From: Lepidodermella squamata
Lineage: Eukaryota > Animalia > Gastrotricha
Direction of reading: 5' to 3'
Length of the DNA stretch: 64,000 nucleotides
Assembly: GCA_047495785.1 (NCBI GenBank)
Contig: JBLDXI010000004.1
Location: forward strand, 2,108,001 to 2,172,000
Part shown: positions 54,301-62,743 of the stretch, in pieces
How the letters are laid out: every line of letters starts with the position of its first letter
Numbering within the stretch: position 1 is the first letter of the stretch
The notes under the pieces: generated by a model
Database searches by the model: none
What the model was told of the DNA's origin: nothing
Seen by the model: only the letters and a program-made list of their open reading frames with translations
Translations under genes and position numbers: made by a program

Positions 54301-54894
54301 GTTTGCCCGTGTTGCCACTATCAAATGAAGCAAGAATATGCGTGATTTGCCTGGGTACAGCACGATTCCGCATAGCTGCGATGCGTACAAGGGTTGAAAA
54401 CAGCGTTCCCGCCTGTTTTGGCTGGCAGCGAAATATCGGTCATCCGAAATGTTAGCGAATCGCCTGCAAACGTGTTTGCCCGTGTTGCCACTATCAAATG
54501 AAGCAAGAATATGCGTGATTTGCCTGGGTACAGCACGATTCCGCATAGCTGCGATGCGTACAAGGGTTGAAAACAGCTTTCCAGCCTGTTTTGGCTGGCA
54601 GCGAAATATCGGTCATCCGAAATGTTAGCGAATCGCCTGCAAACGTGTTTGCCCGTGTTGCCACTATCAAATGAAGCAAGAATATGCGTGATTGGCCTGG
54701 GTACAGCACGATTCCGCATAGCTGCGATGCGTACAAGGGTTGAAAACAGCTTTCCAGCCTGTTTTGGCTGGCAGCGAAATATCGGTCATCCGAAATGTGT
54801 GCGAATCGCCTGCAAACGTGTTTGCCCGTGTTGCCACTATCAAATGAAGCAAGAATATGCGTGATTTGCCTGGGTACAGCACGATTCCGCATAG
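3319..54894 (+). repeat. Tandem satellite, 173-bp monomer, ~299 head-to-tail copies, ~50% GC
   Basis: Consensus gtacaagggttgaaaacagc[g/t]ttcc[a/c]gcctgttttggctggcagcgaaatatcggtcatccgaaatgt[gt/ta]gcgaatcgcc[t/c]gcaaacgtgtttgcccgtgttgccactatcaaatgaagcaagaatatgcgtgatttg[cc/at]tgggt[a/t]cagc[a/g]cgattccg[ca/at]tagctgcgatgc. ORF coordinates recur every 173 bp. Length variants of 175, 146, 166 and 172 bp occur. Confidence 0.99.
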
Positions 54895-56916
54895 ATTCGC
54901 TAACTTTTCGGATGACCGATATTTCGCTGCCAGCCAAAACTGGCTGGAAAGCTGTTTTCAACCCTTGTACGCATCGCAGCTAATCGGAATCGCGCTGAAC
55001 CCAATCAAATCACGCATATTCTTGCTTCATTTGATAGTGGCAACACGGGCAAACACGTTTGCAGGCGATTCGCACACATTTCGGATGACCGATATTTCGC
55101 TGCCAGCCAAAACAGGCTGGAAAGCTGTTTTCAACCCTTGTACGCATCGCAGCTATGCGGAATCGTGCTGTACCCAGGCAAATCACGCATATTCTTGCTT
55201 CATTTGATAGTGGCAACACGGGCAAACACGTTTGCGGGCGATTCGCACACATTTCGGATGACCGATATTTCGCTGCCAGCCAAAACAGGCTGGAAAGCTG
55301 TTTTCAACCCTTGTACGCATCGCAGCTAATCGGAATCGTGCTGAAGCCAGGCAAATCACGCATATTCTTGCTTCATTTGATAGTGGCAACACGGGCAAAC
55401 ACGTTTGCAGGCGATTCGCTAACATGACCGATATTTCGCTGCCAGCCAAAACAGGCTGGAACGCTGTTTTCAACCCTTGTACGCATCGCAGCTATGCCGA
55501 ATCGTGCTGTACCCAGGCAAATCACGCATATTCTTGCTTCATTTGATAGTGGCAACACGGGCAAACACGTTTGCAGGCGATTCGCTAACATTTCGGATGA
55601 CCGATATTTCGCTGCCAGCCAAAACAGGCTGGAACGCTGTTTTCAACCCTTGTACGCATCGCAGCTATGCGGAATCGTGCTGTACCCAGGCAAATCACGC
55701 ATATTCTTGCTTCATTTGATAGTGGCAACACGGGCAAACACGTTTGCAGGCGATTCGCACACATTTCGGATGACCGATATTTCGCTGCCAGCCAAAACAG
55801 GCTGGAAAGCTGTTTTCAACCCTTGTACGCATCGCAGCTATGCGGAATCGTGCTGTACCCAGGCAAATCACGCATATTCTTGCTTCATTTGATAGTGGCA
55901 ACACGGGCAAACACGTTTGCGGGCGATTCGCACACATTTCGGATGACCGATATTTCGCTGCCAGCCAAAACAGGCTGGAAAGCTGTTTTCAACCCTTGTA
56001 CGCATCGCAGCTAATCGGAATCGTGCTGAAGCCAGGCAAATCACGCATATTCTTGCTTCATTTGATAGTGGCAACACGGGCAAACACGTTTGCAGGCGAT
56101 TCGCTAACATGACCGATATTTCGCTGCCAGCCAAAACAGGCTGGAACGCTGTTTTCAACCCTTGTACGCATCGCAGCTATGCCGAATCGTGCTGTACCCA
56201 GGCAAATCACGCATATTCTTGCTTCATTTGATAGTGGCAACACGGGCAAACACGTTTGCAGGCGATTCGCTAACATTTCGGATGACCGATATTTCGCTGC
56301 CAGCCAAAACAGGCTGGAACGCTGTTTTCAACCCTTGTACGCATCGCAGCTAATCGGAATCGCGCTGAACCCAATCAAATCACGCATATTCTTGCTTCAT
56401 TTGATAGTGGCAACACGGGCAAACACGTTTGCAGGCGATTCGCTAACTTTTCGGATGACCGATATTTCGCTGCCAGCCAAAACTGGCTGGAAAGCTGTTT
56501 TCAACCCTTGTACGCATCGCAGCTAATCGGAATCGCGCTGAACCCAATCAAATCACGCATATTCTTGCTTCATTTGATAGTGGCAACACGGGCAAACACG
56601 TTTGCAGGCGATTCGCTAACATTTCGGATGACCGATATTTCGCTGCCAGCCAAAACAGGCTGGAAAGCTGTTTTCAACCCTTGTACGCATCGCAGCTATG
56701 CGGAATCGTGCTGTACCCAGGCAAATCACGCATATTCTTGCTTCATTTGATAGTGGCAACACGGGCAAACACGTTTGCAGGCGATTCGCACACATTTCGG
56801 ATGACCGATATTTCGCTGCCAGCCAAAACAGGCTGGAAAGCTGTTTTCAACCCTTGTACGCATCGCAGCTATGCGGAATCGTGCTGTACCCAGGCCAATC
56901 ACGCATATTCTTGCTT
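54894..56916 (-). repeat. Inverted terminal block of the same satellite (~11.8 monomers)
   Basis: The sequence switches to the reverse complement at ccgcata[g]attcgctaac; repeat ORFs flip strand; the block ends at ...cttgctt 56916. Confidence 0.99.
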
Positions 56917-57287
56917 GAAATATGCTAAAACTGAGAAATTGCGGAGACTTGGTTCATTTTTGGGCACTCTTCCAGAAGAATCATCAGAAAGATAGCGTTA
57001 GATGAAGCTCTCGTTTTGCTCGCATCCCACGGTTTTCGACTGAAGTCCGGCTGAAAATGCGGCTAAGACCTCATTTCATGACCTTTGACCTACTAGTTGA
57101 AAATCTGTCATTTGTCACCGGCCCAAAAACTGGTAAAAAGGTTGGGAATCAATGAGAATGTTGTGTAGCATTTATGGCTTTGTGTTGTCTCAAAGAATTA
57201 TCTGTTTCGCCCCAACAAAAAGTTGGTATTAGGTTTCAATTTTGAATTTTATCATCGAAACTTGATTCTGTGATTCGAAGATTCTGT

Positions 57288-58500
57288 GCCAACAATTGAC
57301 CAGAGTAAATGGAAAAATTTCGAACACAGCTGATCTTAAGTATGGAGTGCCACAGGGTTCTGTATTGGGACCTTTACTTTTCACAATTTATGTTAACGAG
57401 CTGCCACTTTCATCACTAAAATCCACCGTAATCCAATACGCCGACGATACCACCATTTATTTTGCTGCCAAAAATGATTCTGAATTGGAATCAGTACTTC
57501 AAAACGACCTTAATAATGTTATCAACTGGTTAGGCTCAAACTGTCTTAAGGTTAACGGTAAGAAATCGCAGCTCATGATAGTCTCGCTTAGTAAATCCAC
57601 CAGAAAAATTTCTATAAGTATTAACGATAACTCGCTGGATCAAACCAACTCTATCACTCTTCTAGGCTTCATTCTCGACGAAAAACTGTTATACAGTCAG
57701 CAAATAGACAAGGCCTGTACCAAAGCTCGCAAAGGCTTATTTGCTCTTCATCTAGCGTCTAAGAACGGACTGAACAGGAATTGCTTGAAATTAATGGCTA
57801 ATGGTCTAGTTTTTTCTCATTTACAATATTGCGATGTATTACTTGGTGAAGCTTGTGATACATCTTTGAAACGATTGCAATCTCTTCAGGACAAAGCAGT
57901 GAGAATAATTATGAATGCTTCTGATTCCGCTGACGCCTCTCCTCTTCGTGACGAATTAGAATGGCTCGACCTACAAGGCAAGCGTAATGTACATATTGCT
58001 ACTCTCATGTACCGTTGTGTTGTCGGCGACGCGCCTGTGTCCATCAAATCTATTTTTGTACTGAAGCCTCCGTCTCGCACTCGCTACTCCCAGCTCTCAT
58101 TCAAAATACCGCGTATGCGTCTGGACTACGGTCAGGCCTCTCTTAGCTTCACCGGTCCTAGTCTGTTCAACACTCTACCTTTATATTTTCATTGCCCTCA
58201 TCATCGCCCAATCGACATTATGAACTACACTAACCTACCGCCAAGATGTGATTGTGGTTTCAAAATTTGTTACGATGCCTTTTCTTGCCGTCAACTTGTT
58301 TATAAATATTTTTTATCTAAACCTAATCTGAAAAAATTATAATTGTTGAATCTTTGTTGGAAATACTGATGCTGAAACGGACCGAATTGACAAGATAATC
58401 TGCTACTAATTTTTACTTCAAGCGAACTTTCTTTTCTATGAGCTCTCAACTTTGGGATTTGTGCTCTTAAATAAATAAATAAATAAATTAATTAATTAAT
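57288..58500 (+). mobile_element. 5'-truncated non-LTR retrotransposon, CR1/L2 group (L2/Crack-like), with (TAAA)5 tail
   Basis: The frame begins mid-RT (QQLTRVNG..GVPQGSVLGPLLF..YADD). A 3' UTR follows, then taaa x5 at 58468-58487 and ttaa repeats. No clear TSD. Confidence 0.9.
57296..58342 (+). CDS. ORF2 remnant: C-terminal half of a LINE reverse transcriptase (no endonuclease, no true start)
   Basis: GVPQGSVLGP, YADD, LLGFILD, HLQYC..LKRLQSLQDKAVRII, LEWL..MYRC..AP and GPSLFNTLP motifs; 348 codons without a stop. Confidence 0.88.
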   Translation: MTRVNGKISNTADLKYGVPQGSVLGPLLFTIYVNELPLSSLKSTVIQYADDTTIYFAAKNDSELESVLQNDLNNVINWLGSNCLKVNGKKSQLMIVSLSKSTRKISISINDNSLDQTNSITLLGFILDEKLLYSQQIDKACTKARKGLFALHLASKNGLNRNCLKLMANGLVFSHLQYCDVLLGEACDTSLKRLQSLQDKAVRIIMNASDSADASPLRDELEWLDLQGKRNVHIATLMYRCVVGDAPVSIKSIFVLKPPSRTRYSQLSFKIPRMRLDYGQASLSFTGPSLFNTLPLYFHCPHHRPIDIMNYTNLPPRCDCGFKICYDAFSCRQLVYKYFLSKPNLKKL

Positions 58501-58823
58501 AAGAAAATCAGTTTCTGCGGCCGATTCCAATGAAAATAATACGTAGGATTCTGGTTTTTTGTTTTTTGGTTTGGTCGGGCAAACGTGTTTTTTGGTGCCT
58601 GGCCGAAGAAACCAAAGGGTCACCCGTGTGGTTTTACAGCCTTCCTGAGGTTGACATCTAGAAGCTGGGGTGTCGCGACACCCTTGTACTTCCCAACCTG
58701 ACAGGGACCCATAAGTTTTTCGGGAGTTTTCCGGCGCAAGGGGGTTACTCAGTAACTCGCTTTCCCATCGAAAAATACACGATTCATCGAAAATACACGA
58801 TAAGAAGAATAGAAACAACTCAC

Positions 58824-59089
58824 ACGGGCCATTGTCTGTCAGACCAAAGTTGTTATACCAGAATTTCCCATGTCGAGGAGAGTGCCATCCTCCCACGTGA
58901 AATCACCAATTAGTCTCACGAAGGCCGTAACATTAGCGACCAGCGTGGCTGCTGCTAGATCGGCTAGCCATTCTTATTGCATAGAATGAATTGATGTCGG
59001 AAAATACCTGCTGCATTCGCGGACATGAAATAGGTCTTGTTTAAAGCGGCTGGTTTGGAGTCGTTCAAACAAGCTGCGTAGTTTTCAGC
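58824..59089 (-). pseudogene. Duplicated partial copy of the lectin-like remnant in the left arm
   Basis: Mirror of 60001-60266; lacks the upstream exon found in the spacer. Confidence 0.4.
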
Positions 59090-59401
59090 AAATTTTTTCG
59101 AGCTCGAATACGTTTTTACCTAAGTCCATTACAATTCGAGATACATATATGTCGTATCTCATAAGGCTAATCTCCCAATAGCCGATTGGGATATCTCAAT
59201 GAGCAATCCGAATGTTGCTTTTAGCGTCTTGTTACAGGATTTACAGGACTACACGCTACACAATTTATTTCAACGGATAGGGCATCGCAACCAATTGTCG
59301 CACAGAATAAAACACCTTTTTTATGCTAGCTGAGTTTGATTTTGCAATGGAAGTCTTTTGTTACCCAGGGTTTTTTTCCAAAATTTATGTATTTTTCGCA
59401 G

Positions 59402-60266
59402 TATACTTCGCAATGTGATACGCCAAATGGCAAGAAGTGCTACAACATTTGCCCGTACGGTTCAACTAGGGTGAGCGGTAAATTCAGGCCTGTGTTATAT
59501 ATGTGGTATATCAAAAGGCAATTCTCCCAATAGCCGATTGGGGTTATCGCAATGAGCAATCCACATGATTCACAACGTCATATTTTAGTATTTCAATCAG
59601 TTTGAATCATCGGGAGCAACATTATAGAATAGCCCTTCGCCTATCAAACAGTGCCCGTTTTTCCTAATAACGTGTACGGTAACTCCGTGAATTTTGAGGT
59701 TTTACAAAACCAGTGACATTTTACTGTAACTGTTTTATGGGCATCCTAGCTCCATTTTAACTCTTTATTAACCGATGTGTAGACCAAAATCGATAGAGCT
59801 ATTCGAGCTCTCTAATCTATGATAGATCAGAATTCGATGGACTGAAGGTGGATGAGAACAAGACGCTAAAAGCAACATTCGGATTGCTCATTGAGATATC
59901 CCAATCGGCTATTGGGAGATTAGCCTTATGAGATACGACATATATGTATCTCGAATTGTAATGGACTTAGGTAAAAACGTATTCGAGCTCGAAAAAATTT
60001 GCTGAAAACTACGCAGCTTGTTTGAACGACTCCAAACCAGCCGCTTTAAACAAGACCTATTTCATGTCCGCGAATGCAGCAGGTATTTTCCGACATCAAT
60101 TCATTCTATGCAATAAGAATGGCTAGCCGATCTAGCAGCAGCCACGCTGGTCGCTAATGTTACGGCCTTCGTGAGACTAATTGGTGATTTCACGTGGGAG
60201 GATGGCACTCTCCTCGACATGGGAAATTCTGGTATAACAACTTTGGTCTGACAGACAATGGCCCGT
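59402..60266 (+). pseudogene. Probable decayed C-type-lectin-domain gene (exon remnants)
   Basis: Exon-like 59402-59470 (ttcgcag|YTSQCDTPNGKKCYNICPYGSTR|gtgagc). Then 60001-60266 yields NYAACLND..., ...AFVRLIGDFTWEDGTLLD and, after a frameshift, FWYNNFGLTDNGP|gtgagt. The KCY, FxWxDGT, W..C order fits a CTL domain. Confidence 0.45.
59497..59562. repeat. ~65-bp dispersed repeat; related copies at 59145-59209 (direct) and 59881-59945 (inverted)
   Basis: atatatgt[g/c]gtat[a/c]tca[a/t]aaggc..tctcccaatagccgattggg..tatc[g/t]caatgagcaatcc; contains a cccaat..attggg dyad. Confidence 0.85.
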
Positions 60267-60589
60267 GTGAGTTGTTTCTATTCTTCATATCGTGTATTTT
60301 CGATGAATCGTGTATTTTTCGATGGGAAAGCGAGTTACTGAGTAACCCCCTTGCGCCGGAAAACTCCCGAAAAACTTATGGGTCCCTGTCAGGTTGGGAA
60401 GTACAAGGGTGTCGCGACACCCCAGCTTCTAGATGTCAACCTCAGGAAGGCTGTAAAACCACACGGGTGACCCTTTGGTTTCTTCGGCCAGGCACCAAAA
60501 AACACGTTTGCCCGACCAAACCAAAAAACAAAAAACCAGAATCCTACGTATTATTTTCATTGGAATCGGCCGCAGAAACTGATTTTCTT

Positions 60590-61802
60590 ATTAATTAATT
60601 AATTTATTTATTTATTTATTTAAGAGCACAAATCCCAAAGTTGAGAGCTCATAGAAAAGAAAGTTCGCTTGAAGTAAAAATTAGTAGCAGATTATCTTGT
60701 CAATTCGGTCCGTTTCAGCATCAGTATTTCCAACAAAGATTCAACAATTATAATTTTTTCAGATTAGGTTTAGATAAAAAATATTTATAAACAAGTTGAC
60801 GGCAAGAAAAGGCATCGTAACAAATTTTGAAACCACAATCACATCTTGGCGGTAGGTTAGTGTAGTTCATAATGTCGATTGGGCGATGATGAGGGCAATG
60901 AAAATATAAAGGTAGAGTGTTGAACAGACTAGGACCGGTGAAGCTAAGAGAGGCCTGACCGTAGTCCAGACGCATACGCGGTATTTTGAATGAGAGCTGG
61001 GAGTAGCGAGTGCGAGACGGAGGCTTCAGTACAAAAATAGATTTGATGGACACAGGCGCGTCGCCGACAACACAACGGTACATGAGAGTAGCAATATGTA
61101 CATTACGCTTGCCTTGTAGGTCGAGCCATTCTAATTCGTCACGAAGAGGAGAGGCGTCAGCGGAATCAGAAGCATTCATAATTATTCTCACTGCTTTGTC
61201 CTGAAGAGATTGCAATCGTTTCAAAGATGTATCACAAGCTTCACCAAGTAATACATCGCAATATTGTAAATGAGAAAAAACTAGACCATTAGCCATTAAT
61301 TTCAAGCAATTCCTGTTCAGTCCGTTCTTAGACGCTAGATGAAGAGCAAATAAGCCTTTGCGAGCTTTGGTACAGGCCTTGTCTATTTGCTGACTGTATA
61401 ACAGTTTTTCGTCGAGAATGAAGCCTAGAAGAGTGATAGAGTTGGTTTGATCCAGCGAGTTATCGTTAATACTTATAGAAATTTTTCTGGTGGATTTACT
61501 AAGCGAGACTATCATGAGCTGCGATTTCTTACCGTTAACCTTAAGACAGTTTGAGCCTAACCAGTTGATAACATTATTAAGGTCGTTTTGAAGTACTGAT
61601 TCCAATTCAGAATCATTTTTGGCAGCAAAATAAATGGTGGTATCGTCGGCGTATTGGATTACGGTGGATTTTAGTGATGAAAGTGGCAGCTCGTTAACAT
61701 AAATTGTGAAAAGTAAAGGTCCCAATACAGAACCCTGTGGCACTCCATACTTAAGATCAGCTGTGTTCGAAATTTTTCCATTTACTCTGGTCAATTGTTG
61801 GC
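60590..61802 (-). mobile_element. Second (mirror) copy of the 5'-truncated CR1/L2-group LINE
   Basis: Reverse complement of 57288-58500 with the same truncation point and flanks. Confidence 0.9.
60748..61794 (-). CDS. ORF2 remnant: C-terminal half of a LINE reverse transcriptase (identical protein to 57296-58342)
   Basis: Identical 348-aa translation in the ORF track. Confidence 0.88.
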   Translation of the reverse strand: MTRVNGKISNTADLKYGVPQGSVLGPLLFTIYVNELPLSSLKSTVIQYADDTTIYFAAKNDSELESVLQNDLNNVINWLGSNCLKVNGKKSQLMIVSLSKSTRKISISINDNSLDQTNSITLLGFILDEKLLYSQQIDKACTKARKGLFALHLASKNGLNRNCLKLMANGLVFSHLQYCDVLLGEACDTSLKRLQSLQDKAVRIIMNASDSADASPLRDELEWLDLQGKRNVHIATLMYRCVVGDAPVSIKSIFVLKPPSRTRYSQLSFKIPRMRLDYGQASLSFTGPSLFNTLPLYFHCPHHRPIDIMNYTNLPPRCDCGFKICYDAFSCRQLVYKYFLSKPNLKKL

Positions 61803-62285
61803 ACAGAATCTTCGAATCACAGAATCAAGTTTCGATGATAAAATTCAAAATTGAAACCTAATACCAACTTTTTGTTGGGGCGAAACAGATAATTCTTTGA
61901 GACAACACAAAGCCATAAATGCTACACAACATTCTCATTGATTCCCAACCTTTTTACCAGTTTTTGGGCCGGTGACAAATGACAGATTTTCAACTAGTAG
62001 GTCAAAGGTCATGAAATGAGGTCTTAGCCGCATTTTCAGCCGGACTTCAGTCGAAAACCGTGGGATGCGAGCAAAACGAGAGCTTCATCTAACGCTATCT
62101 TTCTGATGATTCTTCTGGAAGAGTGCCCAAAAATGAACCAAGTCTCCGCAATTTCTCAGTTTTATCGAAATGATCAGGCATCAGGCGACCACGAAATGGG
62201 GCCCGTGGCTCCATCGGTGGTCGCTATCCAAAGTTTCTAGAAGCTCAGATCTTAACAAATCAAATGTTTGCTTGCAAAATTCTCG

Positions 62286-62386
62286 ACCGGCCGCACCTAA
62301 TGCTACTGAGCTCTGAGGCCAGCCGGCCGCCGAAAGAGCTGGCATCGGCCGCAAGCGGCCGGACACACCGAGTTTGCGCACCACTG
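62286..62386. mobile_element. Orphan terminus of a hAT (Charlie-like) DNA transposon or MITE
   Basis: Reverse complement reads CAGTGGTGCGCAAACT...CGGCCGCTTGCGGCCG, resembling Charlie-type ends. The adjacent 8-mer ggtTAcct fits the nnnTAnnn target pattern. The partner end was not found. Confidence 0.5.
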
Positions 62387-62488
62387 GGTTACCTGTATCG
62401 ATTTTTTCAGCAGTTATCACGATAGCAAATGTATTATGTTCTTATCGTTCGTGGCGCGGAAGAACCCGCACTTCAGGCAAAAAAGTGT

Positions 62489-62743
62489 CTGTACTGGCTA
62501 GCACAGTATAACACCCGGCTGTAATCTCAGGTACAGTCTTGGGCTGTACTTTTATTGTACAGTCTGTTGGTGACTATACCGTAAGTACACCTCATCAGGC
62601 TGTACACGGAAGTACAGCTGGATGGGAGACTGTAGACCGCAGTACAGCCTTGATTACTGTACACGAAGTACAGCCTCAATCACTGTACTTGCAGTTTACA
62701 GTAACATCCACCGTACTGTATAGGTACACTCATACCAGGCTGT
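62489..62743. repeat. Degenerate minisatellite of ~9 CTGTAC-loop-GTACAG hairpin units (period 25-33 bp)
   Basis: Units start near 62489, 62519, 62544, 62574, 62600, 62630, 62657, 62683 and 62716, e.g. gctgtacacggaagtacagc and ctgtacacgaagtacag. Confidence 0.75.

Larger units (their letters stand above)
56926..59233. repeat. Left arm (2308 bp) of a large near-perfect inverted repeat
   Basis: Reverse complement of 59857-62164; mirror coordinates sum to 119090 throughout, so there is no net indel; one mismatch noticed (58803/60287). Confidence 0.97.
59857..62164. repeat. Right arm (2308 bp) of the inverted repeat; 623-bp spacer at 59234-59856
   Basis: Identical 348-aa ORF on the opposite strand; boundaries read directly (aacaagacgctaa at 59857, cagtttta ending at 62164). 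Confidence 0.97.

Noticed and set aside
3319-56916. CRISPR-like or other repeat-spacer array
   Set aside because: There are no unique spacers, the whole unit repeats, no cas genes are present, and the context is eukaryotic.
3300-56995. Hundreds of 60-295 aa ORFs on both strands of the satellite
   Set aside because: 173 is not a multiple of 3, so frames cycle and hit stops. The longer ORFs arise only where 173+175 or deletion monomers restore frame. There are no recognisable domains.
58577-58690. Short matches to the satellite inside the arm (gcaaacgtgttt, acccttgtac) as the satellite's source
   Set aside because: Only 10-12 bp each, spacing differs from the monomer, and the intervening sequence does not align.
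58492-58896. 134-aa ORF (and mirror 60194-60598) as a real gene
   Set aside because: GTG start, it runs into the LINE tail, and only a short stretch resembles a lectin remnant.
57288-61802. Two independent LINE insertions, or an intact RT-based system
   Set aside because: Identical truncation points and flanks show DNA-level duplication. The ORF lacks the endonuclease and the N-terminal RT motifs.
56926-62164. Foldback or Tc1-type transposon with 2.3-kb TIRs and a TA target duplication
   Set aside because: The terminal TA is simply part of the symmetry. The arms contain a LINE and host-gene remnants that continue into the spacer, and there is no transposase or modular TIR repeat structure.
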